Source: Patescibacteria group bacterium
GTDB lineage: Bacteria > Patescibacteriota > Dojkabacteria > J137
Reading direction: 5' to 3'
Assembly: GCA_016861265.1 (NCBI GenBank)
Contig: BOLA01000001.1
Location: 852,136-916,135 of the forward strand
DNA length: 64,000 nucleotides
A program made the translations under genes and the position numbers. The notes under the pieces were generated by a model. The model was given only the letters and a program-made list of their open reading frames with translations. It ran no database searches and was not told where the DNA came from. Of this stretch, positions 36,885 through 47,971 are shown piece after piece; the first letter of the stretch is position 1; each line of letters begins with the position of its first letter.

Positions 36885-39800
36885 ATGGGAGACAAATTTT
36901 TGAATTTAAAAAATGAACTAAAGAATAAATTAATTGAAAGATTACCAATAATATTTATTGTAATAATTTCAATACTATTCACCTACTCCTTCATTAAGGA
37001 GAGTATTACGGTAAATATACAAACAGGAGCAGCTATTCCCAACTCTATAGTCAATTCTATTGTAGTGGCATTAGATAGTACAGTTAATCCAAATGGAATA
37101 ATTGCCGCAGCAGTAGATATTTCTGAAAAGGTACAAAACGGAGAGGGAATAATTGTAAAAGATGTATTCGATAGGTGTGTAATTCAAAGTGATAACAGAG
37201 TCAGCGATGGATTTTACCAGCCATTCGATACAAAAGCCGGTGTAAACAATGGTGATCCTATTGGAGATGGTAATGGTGGCGACGAAATTAGAAAATATTT
37301 AAGATACGACAACAGATCTTCGTTGGATTTAGAAGCAAGTCAAAACGTTGTAATTTTAATGAAAGGAACAGGACCAACTGTTCTGGCATCGGCAATTAGG
37401 AATATAAACGAAAAAGGAATGATACCTATAATCAGATTAGGTGTAATTGACATGGGAGATTATCCGTTTCAACTAACTGAAGATGCAAGTGAAATGGTTA
37501 ACTACTTTACACAAGTAGGTGATGAATTAATGCGTGAAAATAAAGGTTGGAAGGCCGTATTATCTTTAGGGCCTAATGAACCTACTACAGGAGGTGCTGG
37601 AGAAGGTAATATTCAGGTTATGGGTATTCCTGATTACCAGACAATGGTACAAAGAGAAAATCAGGCTGCTGATCAGTTACAAAAATACAGAGTTGTTAAT
37701 GGTGGTCCATTCTGGCTTGCACCTGCCATCTTTAATGGAACGGCATCTTATCAGGCAAATGGAAGAGAATATTCTCAAGATGTATATAGGCACTTGTATA
37801 TTGATGGAGAAGATACGAGTACAGAAAAAGACTACTGGAAAAGAAAAAGCATTGACCCAGACCTATTCGACGTGATGCTTGCAAACATATACATGAATGT
37901 GGCAAAACCTGCATATAACTTTTATAAGGAATTTGGGTTAAAAGAATATGTAGATAAAAGACCTGGATTAGTAACAATCGTTACAGAATTTGGAATAGAT
38001 CCATTCTCACCATCTTTAGTTACTGCTGATTTGAAACCTGACTTTAAGGCGTTCTACGAGGATCCTAAGGTAGAAGGAATAAATTGGTTTAGAGCACTTA
38101 AAGATAAGCCAGCCCCAGCCCCTGCTCCTTCACCAGAGCAAAGTGCTACCCTTGAGGACTTTATTAAATTCTTGGAACAATCCGGGAAGACGGCTAAAAA
38201 AATATCTCTAAAGAACTTTTCTTGGGTTAATTGCGCTTTGGGTACAACAATAGAACGAACTTCTACATCTTCAAGTGGTTCCAGCAGCGGAACTTTAAAT
38301 CCAACAACAAAGGGTGGTTTAAATGAAGGAGAGAACGCACCAGGCGGTGGTGCAACAATGGATACAGCTAAATCTTATGGGTTGGCAGGCTATAGTTTAG
38401 CAATTATAAACAATCCAGGCGACAGTGCTGCAGCAATTCAATTCATTAGCGAGTCAATTTCTAAAGGCTTCACACCGATTATACGTTTATGCGTAAACGT
38501 ATCTGGTTCATGTGGGTTTAATCTTTCCGGAGGCAGAGCCGATGATTTAGTGAGCTTTTATAATGCTGTATCACAAGGTGCATCTGGTAGCTTTATTGGA
38601 ATTGTGGGACCTAATGAACCTAGCACCGAATGGGGTGTATTTAATGCCTCGAGTATGGACGAAGTAAAAAGAGCTGCCGTTACAGCAGCAAAAACAATAA
38701 ACAAGAATGGAAAGATGCTGATTGGTACCCCAGCATTTAATCTCCAAACTCAGGATTTAACACAATTCAAAAGTGCATTTGGCGAAGCTAAGTTCGATGT
38801 TTTAATCGGCAATGCCTACAATATTGGAACAGCAAAAGCGGATGAAATTGCGGGCGAAGCCATCTCAACTTCTAAAGCAAACGGACTAAAATTTATTTTG
38901 ACGGAAACCGGTGCTATAAAAGGTGCTGCAGAAGATTTTGAAACTACAATCGGAAGATTATGTTCCCAAGTAGATGGATTCATGTTATTTAGATCTCAGG
39001 AAAGTTCTCCGGGGGGGAATTATGAGAATGTACCCCAGCCATTCGGGCCTGAAAAACTAAAGGCAATTGCTGCTGCATGCAATGGTAGCAACCCAACTTC
39101 CAGTAACGATAGTAATTCTACCGATAGCCGAGATGATTCATCAAATTCTGCTATTCAATGTACATCCGGGGTGGCAGATGACCAGATCATATTCCTAGGT
39201 GACAGTCTAACTAACGAACTTGTAGCAAAACAGTTTCCTGGCTCAAAAAATTTAGGATTTCCAGGAGCCAGCACTGAATGGTTAGTACCTGGATCCGAAC
39301 CAGCCAACGATAAGTCCGATCAATTAAATACGACTTTAAACGATCCAAAGTATAAAGCAATTGTAATTGAATTTGGAACGAACGACTGCGGAGGAGTAGA
39401 TGTAGGTAGGTTTAAACAAAATTTAACAACAATTATTAATAATATTAAGAATGTTAATGCTGAAGTAGACATTATCTTGAGTACAATACCGAGAGCGCAT
39501 AAAGCATGTTCAGCAAGTACAATAGACAGTTTTAATGCAGCTATTAACGAAGTTCGTTCATCTACAGGAGTTTTAGGCAGGGAACTTGGAGGTTCATTAT
39601 TCGATGAATCTGACTTAAGATCAGGTGACGACAGACACTTAACCGACGAAGCTTATGCTGAAATTGCACAAATAACCAAGGAGGCATTAGGCGGAGTTTG
39701 CGTAGGATCTAATACAGGAACAACTACAGAAACTACATTAGGTGCAGGATCTCTTGCACTTAGTTGTGGTGTTGAAGAAGACAAACCTGCTGAATTCTAC

Positions 39801-42800
39801 CAAGGCAAGAATGCCGCAGCATTAAGAGTTAGGTGTGCAGGAGGATCATGTACAACAAAAATGGTGGGAACAATCGAGATCGAAGCACCAACAAAATTAT
39901 TCTCTACAAATACTCCAAATGGGACCATGAGATTAAGATACGTACCGGTTTCTCAAGTTGCAGCAAGTCAATCAAAAACTGATGGCTACGACGGACTAAA
40001 TATGTTTGCCGGAGAAATAAAAATTGGTTCCGACAGTTATCCTCTACCGGGTTTGGGTAGTGCAATTAATTCAGCTACAGAGATATTAGAGGAAACAATG
40101 ACGTCGGGTGATCCTAAGAGATTCTCCACTCCAAGCGGACAATCATTATTAAAATGGACAAGAAATAAACTTGAAATACAGAGTCAACAGGGAAAAACAA
40201 TCGGTGTTGTTGGCGAGAAGAATGTAGGAGGGTTCACCACGAATGCATTCTCTATACAGGAAAAAGAAGGAAATAGCCTAGAGTCTATAAATGAAAGAGC
40301 TGTTACTTACGATGGCTTAACATTTAATAACGATGCTGGTTTAGCTGATTGGAGGAAAAACTTAATGCCTTATGACCCTTCAATTGCATTCCCAACCTAT
40401 ATTGCACCTAAAGCTTGTCAGCAAAGTGAAATGAAATTTATTAATAATTTAGATAATTACGTTACTGGTCCTGAATTAGTGGTAGAGGAAGAAAAAACTG
40501 TTACTACAAATACAACTCAGCAAATCTGTTGGATGTATGCCGGAAGAAGTATTCCAGGAAGAACTCCATATATGTCTGGTGACGGTGTTAAGACTTGCGG
40601 TTATATTTTTGATACAAGAATATTCTCAGATGCAAATATAGATGCAATTTCACCAAGAAAGGGTAAGCCGTTACATAGAATCTACGAGACTGTATATAAC
40701 GAACTATTGGGTACTTATGTAACAACAAGTCGAATTGAAGAAGGCAATTGGACTTGTCAGGAATTATTTACCGGGCAGGCAAATGGTACAGACGGTGTGG
40801 ACGAAGATGCAGAATTCAAGAATGTTGAAGCACCTAAGGTATTACCAAATTGTGACTTCGACGATTATTATTTTGAATTATATAAAGGTAAACTATCAGA
40901 TGCACCAGGCAATCCTGCTAGAAGCGGTAGATGCGATATTCCTGCGGATCTAGTTTCCTGCTTAAGATACGATGCTCAGGATTCAGACGAGGTCTATATT
41001 CATACCGAAAAATACCCAATAGCAAGTAAAGTTAAAATTCCAAAAATCTACTCTGCTCTTTACGGCCTTTACGATAGATTACAAACAATGATGAGTAACC
41101 GAAACATGAAGATGGTATTCAGGGAAAATATTGGAATGAAATTCAAGGTAAACTCAAAAATTCGAGACGCAAACGAATCCATTAGTGCAGTTCAATATGA
41201 CTTCTCAACACAGTACGATAATTATTATCAACCTGAATTAATTGATAATACTTTACCTTTGGCATCAAACAATCCTACAAAGACTCAATTTCAATATTTT
41301 GATGATCTAGGTTACCTGGATATTTTGCAGGAATATACTGTAGCCTATGCTAATGAACAAGCAATAATAGGAGATCATGTAATGGATAATCCTTTTGTAG
41401 AAAAAGGAATCTTTAACCCACTACAGGATAGAACAAAAATTGTTGCAGGAGGAGAATCTAATTTAAGTCTAGCAAATCCAATACTAACCTGCGATCAAGT
41501 CGAGATCTGTAAAAACTATACGTATACTGAACTTGAAACAACTTTCGGACCAACAATGGCGCTTAGGCTTTGTCCATTAACCGAAAAACTACCGGTTGAT
41601 GCTAAGAAGAACTGTATAACAAATATTTCAGATGATAGATTTATTGATAGGTTGAATACAACGCTATGTGCTAGAGGTTTTAATGTAGACGAAAACTGTC
41701 ATTTTCAATGTTCAGTTTCAGGTCAAGGTGGTAATAACAGTGGTGGTAATGGTACAACACCCGTAATTATTAATGGTACATATTCAACGCTATTTCCTGT
41801 AAGTAAATCTAGACAAATTCCAAACTGTACTGAACCTGCAAGTGTTCAAGTTGTAAATACTGATAGACCTGTACAAAACGATGAAGGTATGACCAGCATT
41901 AGTCTAATACCTGTTGCCAAGCAGGCGCTAGAACAGATGATGGCCGCTATGAAACAAAACGATCCTTCTACCTACGCAAAATGCGGATTTGCATATGGCT
42001 ACAGAAGTGCCGAAATGCAGGGTACGTACACTTGTGGATCCGGTACGGCATGTAAGTGTCACAGTGAACATCAACTAGGTACTACTGTAGACTTTAGAAA
42101 TGCCGAAGATATGTCTGCCGCAAATAAGTTTAACGGTTCAGCATGTAGTAATTGGCTAAGGTCTAATGCTGCTAATTACGGATTTATTCAGTCTTATACT
42201 GGTGCAGATCCAGATTACGTTGCAGAATCGTGGCACTACAGATACATTGGAATAGAAGAAGCTCAGAAATTCAAGGCACAAAGTCAATATACATACTTAA
42301 GAGCCTATCTTGAAAGTATACAATCGGGAGGTAACTCTTCAGGGAATGGTAATACATCAAATATTCCAGGAGACTTTAAAGTAAGATATCCTACGGAGTT
42401 CGATACCTTAACCGGAAATTACGGAACTAAGGGAGGTTATGCAACCCATACTGGTGTAGATATAAGAGTTTCGGGGGTTGGAGGAACTATATTCGCTGCA
42501 GAATCCGGTACGGTTCTTTATGCTGGACCAGATAACGAAAATAATGCTAACTATACATGCGTAACCGATTCTAATAGCAATAAATATAGTCCATTATGTC
42601 AACAATTAGGTCTAAGTAATATTGGTGCATACGGATTCATGGTAAAAATACTACATCCAAATGGTAAGGTAACCCTATATGCCCATAATTCCGATTTAAA
42701 GGTAAAGACTGGAGATTGTGTTAATAAAGGGGATTTAATTGCACTAGCAGGCAGTGTTGGTAATTCTACTGGCCCACATAGTCACTTTGAAATTAGAAAG

Positions 42801-44306
42801 AACTCTTCATGTTCTTGGGACGGTAACAGTTTGGGAGTATGTACTGAACCACCAGAAGATTATCTTGTTCCAGGTGGCGGAAACACTTCGGTATTTACTA
42901 GCGATCAAATTAAAAGTGTATGTAATGGTGTGCTGCCACCTACAGATCCTGGAACGGGTGATGGGGATGAAATCGTATGTAGACCAACAGGTGAAGATGA
43001 AATTCCTACAGATGATAATCCAAAGCAGACACCTGGAGGTGCATTGTGCTTAATTAAGAAAGCAGCAGATTCACTAACTGCTAACGGTATACCTACAAAT
43101 CCATATATGATGTATGCAATATTACATCAAGAAACACAGTCACTATTAGATCCTTTAGCAGGTAAGAATGACTTTATTTGTCCTACAACCTGGGACGATT
43201 GGGCTCTAAATATTGGTAATTTGTCTTCCTTGCCAAAGTGTACAGGTGATCCAAATCAGAAAGCATTTGCGTCATTTAACAGATCGAATCCACCAAATAT
43301 TGATGTAAGAGGATTAACACAGTTCTACTCTGCTACGTTTAATGGGATTATTAATAATTACGATAGCGTAATGACAAATTGCATTAACGATTTAGGTGTA
43401 GATAACACAATTGCAAACAGTATTTGGTTAGATCCATTAAGTAGTCAGCCAGGTAAATTCAGTAGGCATAGAGTTGGAGATGCTATCTGTGCTCAAGCTG
43501 TTAAGTTAATGAACGATGCAAGAACTGCAAATGGAGGCACTTACCTTACAGTGGAAGAATGGTTGAGTAATCCGGAGATAATAAGGCAAACCGCATGTAC
43601 TTATTATGGTGCATGTCAGGACAATTACGAGGTCAATGTATTGAGATACTTTAATGAAGCAGTTCAAGCAAAGGTATTCGACAATTTAGATTGTAGCGGA
43701 AATTCAACCGGTCCAGATCCAAGCGGCGTACTAAGTTGTAATGTTAATACAAGTGCAGCATCTACCACACCCGACTTTAGTAAGAGTGCATTGTCCTGGG
43801 AAGCTTACATTAGAGCTTTAAATCTTGATAATAATTCAAGCTATGTATGGTTTGCAAACCCTAATGGCGAAAGTGACAACCTAAAGCAAAGGTTAATAAA
43901 TAAGCTAGGCAGTGAGTCTGCTTACCAACAGGACTATAATCAAAGATTACAGGTTACTAATGCGTTTATAGACAAGGCCAAGTCATTGGGAATAAATCCT
44001 CAGTTTGCATTAACACTGTGGTTTGAAGAAACTGAATTCTCTGCTGTGGGTAAGGCTGCATTAGGCTGTTTGTATTTTAGAAATGGTACACAAACAACAG
44101 ACATTCCTAGAGATGGTAATCCCGCAAGCCAAATAGCCCACTTAAATCAGCAATTAGAATGTTTAAACACCTATGTTGATGAATTCACGGAGTTTAGACA
44201 ATTTATGTGTACATATTCCGGAGAAGTTGGTAGGCCTAACTGTACGGAATTCAAGAACAATCCGAACTTCCCGAAAAATATTTGCAGATATTACGATTGG
44301 TTTTAA
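36885..44306 (+). CDS. Giant membrane-anchored multi-hydrolase (2x GH-A-like, SGNH, M15B, M23, 2x lysozyme/SLT-like)
   Basis: N-terminal TM; NEP/TEFG and NEP/TETG; GDSL/GTND/DDRH; SEH...VD...ESWH; HTGVD/HSH; ILHQET...GLTQF; LWFEET. Confidence 0.85.
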   Translation: MGDKFLNLKNELKNKLIERLPIIFIVIISILFTYSFIKESITVNIQTGAAIPNSIVNSIVVALDSTVNPNGIIAAAVDISEKVQNGEGIIVKDVFDRCVIQSDNRVSDGFYQPFDTKAGVNNGDPIGDGNGGDEIRKYLRYDNRSSLDLEASQNVVILMKGTGPTVLASAIRNINEKGMIPIIRLGVIDMGDYPFQLTEDASEMVNYFTQVGDELMRENKGWKAVLSLGPNEPTTGGAGEGNIQVMGIPDYQTMVQRENQAADQLQKYRVVNGGPFWLAPAIFNGTASYQANGREYSQDVYRHLYIDGEDTSTEKDYWKRKSIDPDLFDVMLANIYMNVAKPAYNFYKEFGLKEYVDKRPGLVTIVTEFGIDPFSPSLVTADLKPDFKAFYEDPKVEGINWFRALKDKPAPAPAPSPEQSATLEDFIKFLEQSGKTAKKISLKNFSWVNCALGTTIERTSTSSSGSSSGTLNPTTKGGLNEGENAPGGGATMDTAKSYGLAGYSLAIINNPGDSAAAIQFISESISKGFTPIIRLCVNVSGSCGFNLSGGRADDLVSFYNAVSQGASGSFIGIVGPNEPSTEWGVFNASSMDEVKRAAVTAAKTINKNGKMLIGTPAFNLQTQDLTQFKSAFGEAKFDVLIGNAYNIGTAKADEIAGEAISTSKANGLKFILTETGAIKGAAEDFETTIGRLCSQVDGFMLFRSQESSPGGNYENVPQPFGPEKLKAIAAACNGSNPTSSNDSNSTDSRDDSSNSAIQCTSGVADDQIIFLGDSLTNELVAKQFPGSKNLGFPGASTEWLVPGSEPANDKSDQLNTTLNDPKYKAIVIEFGTNDCGGVDVGRFKQNLTTIINNIKNVNAEVDIILSTIPRAHKACSASTIDSFNAAINEVRSSTGVLGRELGGSLFDESDLRSGDDRHLTDEAYAEIAQITKEALGGVCVGSNTGTTTETTLGAGSLALSCGVEEDKPAEFYQGKNAAALRVRCAGGSCTTKMVGTIEIEAPTKLFSTNTPNGTMRLRYVPVSQVAASQSKTDGYDGLNMFAGEIKIGSDSYPLPGLGSAINSATEILEETMTSGDPKRFSTPSGQSLLKWTRNKLEIQSQQGKTIGVVGEKNVGGFTTNAFSIQEKEGNSLESINERAVTYDGLTFNNDAGLADWRKNLMPYDPSIAFPTYIAPKACQQSEMKFINNLDNYVTGPELVVEEEKTVTTNTTQQICWMYAGRSIPGRTPYMSGDGVKTCGYIFDTRIFSDANIDAISPRKGKPLHRIYETVYNELLGTYVTTSRIEEGNWTCQELFTGQANGTDGVDEDAEFKNVEAPKVLPNCDFDDYYFELYKGKLSDAPGNPARSGRCDIPADLVSCLRYDAQDSDEVYIHTEKYPIASKVKIPKIYSALYGLYDRLQTMMSNRNMKMVFRENIGMKFKVNSKIRDANESISAVQYDFSTQYDNYYQPELIDNTLPLASNNPTKTQFQYFDDLGYLDILQEYTVAYANEQAIIGDHVMDNPFVEKGIFNPLQDRTKIVAGGESNLSLANPILTCDQVEICKNYTYTELETTFGPTMALRLCPLTEKLPVDAKKNCITNISDDRFIDRLNTTLCARGFNVDENCHFQCSVSGQGGNNSGGNGTTPVIINGTYSTLFPVSKSRQIPNCTEPASVQVVNTDRPVQNDEGMTSISLIPVAKQALEQMMAAMKQNDPSTYAKCGFAYGYRSAEMQGTYTCGSGTACKCHSEHQLGTTVDFRNAEDMSAANKFNGSACSNWLRSNAANYGFIQSYTGADPDYVAESWHYRYIGIEEAQKFKAQSQYTYLRAYLESIQSGGNSSGNGNTSNIPGDFKVRYPTEFDTLTGNYGTKGGYATHTGVDIRVSGVGGTIFAAESGTVLYAGPDNENNANYTCVTDSNSNKYSPLCQQLGLSNIGAYGFMVKILHPNGKVTLYAHNSDLKVKTGDCVNKGDLIALAGSVGNSTGPHSHFEIRKNSSCSWDGNSLGVCTEPPEDYLVPGGGNTSVFTSDQIKSVCNGVLPPTDPGTGDGDEIVCRPTGEDEIPTDDNPKQTPGGALCLIKKAADSLTANGIPTNPYMMYAILHQETQSLLDPLAGKNDFICPTTWDDWALNIGNLSSLPKCTGDPNQKAFASFNRSNPPNIDVRGLTQFYSATFNGIINNYDSVMTNCINDLGVDNTIANSIWLDPLSSQPGKFSRHRVGDAICAQAVKLMNDARTANGGTYLTVEEWLSNPEIIRQTACTYYGACQDNYEVNVLRYFNEAVQAKVFDNLDCSGNSTGPDPSGVLSCNVNTSAASTTPDFSKSALSWEAYIRALNLDNNSSYVWFANPNGESDNLKQRLINKLGSESAYQQDYNQRLQVTNAFIDKAKSLGINPQFALTLWFEETEFSAVGKAALGCLYFRNGTQTTDIPRDGNPASQIAHLNQQLECLNTYVDEFTEFRQFMCTYSGEVGRPNCTEFKNNPNFPKNICRYYDWF

Positions 44307-44315
44307 AATATAATT

Positions 44316-44774
44316 ATGGAAGATAAACAACAGACAAAAAAGAAAAAACGATTTAATTTAGACTTCACGAATGCTTTTATTGCATTAATGGGTGTGGCAT
44401 TAGTTTCTGTTGTGATTTATGCAATAATCTTAAACATTACAGGGGTTAATAATACAGATACATCAACCAATCAGCTTAATGGCCAGATTCAAGAACCAAA
44501 GAAAGAAGTTACGATAGCTGGTGATGGCTATATTGTTTATAAAATAGGCTCACAATACTATTTAGAGGTTACGGATGGAAGAAAAGTTAAAGATGTAAAC
44601 GCACTTTTAAGAAGTCTTGAATTACCTACAGACACCGAAATTATTAATCCTGCAGCGGCGTACCCTAGACCTGTACCTACAGAAGAAATGCCTACGGATA
44701 CGGAACATGAAGATGATAATTTCGATCCAATAAATCCAAATCCGTCAACTCCTGAAAGTGACCCTAACGAATAG
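44316..44774 (+). CDS. Hypothetical single-TM protein
   Basis: 152 aa, Pro/acidic tail, 9 bp after the giant gene. Confidence 0.75.
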   Translation: MEDKQQTKKKKRFNLDFTNAFIALMGVALVSVVIYAIILNITGVNNTDTSTNQLNGQIQEPKKEVTIAGDGYIVYKIGSQYYLEVTDGRKVKDVNALLRSLELPTDTEIINPAAAYPRPVPTEEMPTDTEHEDDNFDPINPNPSTPESDPNE

Positions 44775-44866
44775 GCTTATCACATAATGTTCATAGCCTG
44801 TGCAGTTGAATAAATTTGATTATTGAATTATACTTTTTCCTGTTACATTAAGCGTTTCCCAAAATT

Positions 44867-47800
44867 ATGGCAAATAAAATCTCATCAATATTTGACTTGA
44901 ACTCAAGACAAATTAAGTCTACCGACAAAGCATTCCAAAAGATAAGATCATTAAAAGATGACGTTGAAAAAATGTCTTATGAAGACATGCAGAAAAGAAT
45001 AAAGGAAATGAAGGCCGAGTTAACTAAAATGACGGATGAAATTCCTTTCGAAAAAAAATTATCCTTAAGAAAGATAGATAGAACAAAGCCTCTACCAAAG
45101 GAAGAAATCGCAATTCAGAATAAATTAAATGAATTTCTACCAGAAGTTTTCGCATTCATGGATGAGGTCTTTTTTAGAAAAGTCGGTTTTAGATATCATG
45201 ATGTTCAGTTAAGAGCAGGAATAATTTTGGCACAAGGTCAAAGACTAGTAGAACTCTATACTGGAGAAGGTAAAACAATGACCTTCCAATTACCTTTAGT
45301 GCTCTACTCTCTAGCTGGACGAGGAGCCCATTTGGTAACTGTGAATGACTATTTATCACGAAGAGATGGTGAGTATGCAGGTCATATTGCATCTGCCCTA
45401 GGCTTAACGGTAGGTATTGTAAGTTCAACTGCTTCTTATAAATTTGTTTTCGATGAACAGCTAAAATTTGTAAAAGGTGAAGGAGCGGCTGAATTAAGAG
45501 AAAAAATGCCAAAGATTCAGATTAGTGCAATGGATGGTATAAACTTAGTGGAATGTGTAAAACGGGAATCCTATAACTGTGATATTACATATGGAACAAA
45601 CAATGAATACGGCTTTGATTATCTAAGGGATAATATGTCTTGGGATTTAAATAATATTTCCCAACGAGAATTATACTTCTGTATTATTGACGAGGCTGAC
45701 TCAATCTTAATTGATGAAGCCAGAACTCCACTTATTATCTCCGGCATTCCTACTGATGCAAATGTAAGTAAATATAAATTATTTGCAGAGGCAGTAAATG
45801 ACTTGGTTGAAAATGAACACTACGAAGTAGATCATAAAACTAGAAGAGTAATGCTTACTGAAGAAGGTATTCAAATGGTAGAAAATAAACTTGGCGTTGA
45901 TAACCTATGGAAGGATTACTCAATGGCATACCATATTGAAAATGCACTGAAAGCACAGACAATGTTTAATCGGGATGAACATTACCTTGTTAAGGGAGGT
46001 GAAGTTTTAATAGTAGATGAATTCACCGGAAGAATTTTAAAAGGAAGACGATATTCAGAAGGTTTACATCAAGCCATTGAAGCAAAAGAAGGTGTAGAAG
46101 TAAGACAAGAAAGTAAGACTTATGCAACAATCACATTCCAAAACTTTTTCAGACTCTATAAAGTATTATGTGGTGGTTCCGGAACAGTTATGACAGAAGC
46201 AGAAGAATTCTACAAAATCTATGGTCTTGAGACTGTTCAAGTACCTACAAATAGACCCGTAGTTAGAGTTGATAGTCCTGACTTAATTTACAAGAACCAG
46301 AATGCGAAATATAAGGCAGTGGTTGCAGAAATAAAAGAAAGGCACTCTAAAGGCCAACCTGTATTAGTTGGTACTACATCTGTAGATAAATCAGAAATAA
46401 TTTCAAATTTACTAGACATAGAAAGAATTCCACACGAAGTCTTGAATGCTAAATACCACGAACAGGAAGCTAAGATTATTGAAAAGGCAGGTAGAAAAGG
46501 AGCTGTAACAGTTGCAACTAATATGGCAGGAAGAGGTGCTGACATTGTTATCGGAGGAGGATCAAGAGGCGATGAGGCCTATGAAGAGATTAAAGCATTA
46601 GGCGGTTTGCATGTAATCGGTACAGAAAGGCACGAATCTAGAAGAATTGATAATCAGCTAAGAGGTAGAACGGGACGACAGGGTGAGCCCGGTTCATCAA
46701 GATTTTACGTTGCCCTAGATGATCAATTAATGAGAATTCTTGGTGGAGACATGATGGGAAGTCTTATGGCAAGAGTCGGCATGGATGACGATACACCAAT
46801 TGAATTAAAGCTTATTTCAAAACAAATTGAATCCGCTCAAAAAAGAATTGAAGGAATGAATTTTGACTCAAGAAAACAAATTGTTGACTACGACGATGTT
46901 ATGAATCAACATAGAGAAATTTTCTATAGCAGGAGAAGAAACTTCCTACAGAGTGCTGAGGAAGCATCAGGGAAATTTATCGAACAGGGTAATCTAGTAG
47001 TAGTTAGTTCTTTAGATAAACAACACCAGGAGCAATACAACTCCAAAATAGAATCTGCACAAGAAAATTTAATAAAAATTATTAAAGCTTTAGTAGATTT
47101 AGAGGTTTCTAATTTTACTAAAACTCAATTATCCAATAACAAGAAATGGAATAAGGAAGTAGTTTCAAATATTGTAAAGAATTTTACTGAAATTATTCCT
47201 GTTTCGATATTGGCTAAAGTTCTAAATATTCAGACCAGCAAAGTAACGGAATTCTTGTCAGAAGAGTTATTAAAAGATAAATCTGATAAGTCCGAGAAAT
47301 ATCTTGTAGAACTAGCAGATAAGGTAATAGATGAAAAACAAAAAGAATTTGGAAAAGAATTCTATTATGTAGCTAAGGCAATCACACTACAGACAATGGA
47401 TAATATTTGGGTCGATCATCTTGAGTTGATGAAAGATATTAGAGATGGGATTGGATTACAAGCATACGCACAAAAGGATCCGTTGGTTGAATATAAAAAT
47501 GAGGCGTATATTGTATTTGAATCCTTCATTCAAAATATTAATAAAGATGTGGTAAAGCAGATACTATCAATTCAGAGACTAACACCTGAAATGGTAAATG
47601 CTCAACCTACGTTAGCAAATGCAGTAACCAATGAAGATCAAATTACAGATGTTCTAACCGAAGACAGAGAGTTTATTGCAGACCAAGGTAACGACAATAA
47701 GGTTCTGGCATCGTCATTAGTTGGAAGACTCGAAAGTGAAAGAAAGCAGAATGCTGTAAGTGGCGGATTAGGCCAGGAAAATAATACAAGAAAAATTAAC

Positions 47801-47935
47801 GCGAAGGCATTTAAACAATTTAATAGAAACGATAGAGTTACTGTTAGATATTCAGATGGTGAAGTTCAAAAGGATGTTAAGTTCAAGAAGGTTGAAAACG
47901 ATTTATTAACCGGTAAGGCAGTTATTGTAGATTAA
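44867..47935 (+). CDS. secA: Protein translocase subunit SecA
   Basis: TGEGKT, VTVNDYL, DEADSILIDEARTPLIIS, ATNMAGRG, RRIDNQLRGR. Confidence 0.98.
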   Translation: MANKISSIFDLNSRQIKSTDKAFQKIRSLKDDVEKMSYEDMQKRIKEMKAELTKMTDEIPFEKKLSLRKIDRTKPLPKEEIAIQNKLNEFLPEVFAFMDEVFFRKVGFRYHDVQLRAGIILAQGQRLVELYTGEGKTMTFQLPLVLYSLAGRGAHLVTVNDYLSRRDGEYAGHIASALGLTVGIVSSTASYKFVFDEQLKFVKGEGAAELREKMPKIQISAMDGINLVECVKRESYNCDITYGTNNEYGFDYLRDNMSWDLNNISQRELYFCIIDEADSILIDEARTPLIISGIPTDANVSKYKLFAEAVNDLVENEHYEVDHKTRRVMLTEEGIQMVENKLGVDNLWKDYSMAYHIENALKAQTMFNRDEHYLVKGGEVLIVDEFTGRILKGRRYSEGLHQAIEAKEGVEVRQESKTYATITFQNFFRLYKVLCGGSGTVMTEAEEFYKIYGLETVQVPTNRPVVRVDSPDLIYKNQNAKYKAVVAEIKERHSKGQPVLVGTTSVDKSEIISNLLDIERIPHEVLNAKYHEQEAKIIEKAGRKGAVTVATNMAGRGADIVIGGGSRGDEAYEEIKALGGLHVIGTERHESRRIDNQLRGRTGRQGEPGSSRFYVALDDQLMRILGGDMMGSLMARVGMDDDTPIELKLISKQIESAQKRIEGMNFDSRKQIVDYDDVMNQHREIFYSRRRNFLQSAEEASGKFIEQGNLVVVSSLDKQHQEQYNSKIESAQENLIKIIKALVDLEVSNFTKTQLSNNKKWNKEVVSNIVKNFTEIIPVSILAKVLNIQTSKVTEFLSEELLKDKSDKSEKYLVELADKVIDEKQKEFGKEFYYVAKAITLQTMDNIWVDHLELMKDIRDGIGLQAYAQKDPLVEYKNEAYIVFESFIQNINKDVVKQILSIQRLTPEMVNAQPTLANAVTNEDQITDVLTEDREFIADQGNDNKVLASSLVGRLESERKQNAVSGGLGQENNTRKINAKAFKQFNRNDRVTVRYSDGEVQKDVKFKKVENDLLTGKAVIVD

Positions 47936-47945
47936 TATGTAGGTC

Positions 47946-47971
47946 GGCCTGAGCTTCGCTCAGGCCTTTTT
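47946..47971. terminator. Intrinsic terminator after secA
   Basis: ggcctgagc-ttc-gctcaggcc followed by a T-run. Confidence 0.75.
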
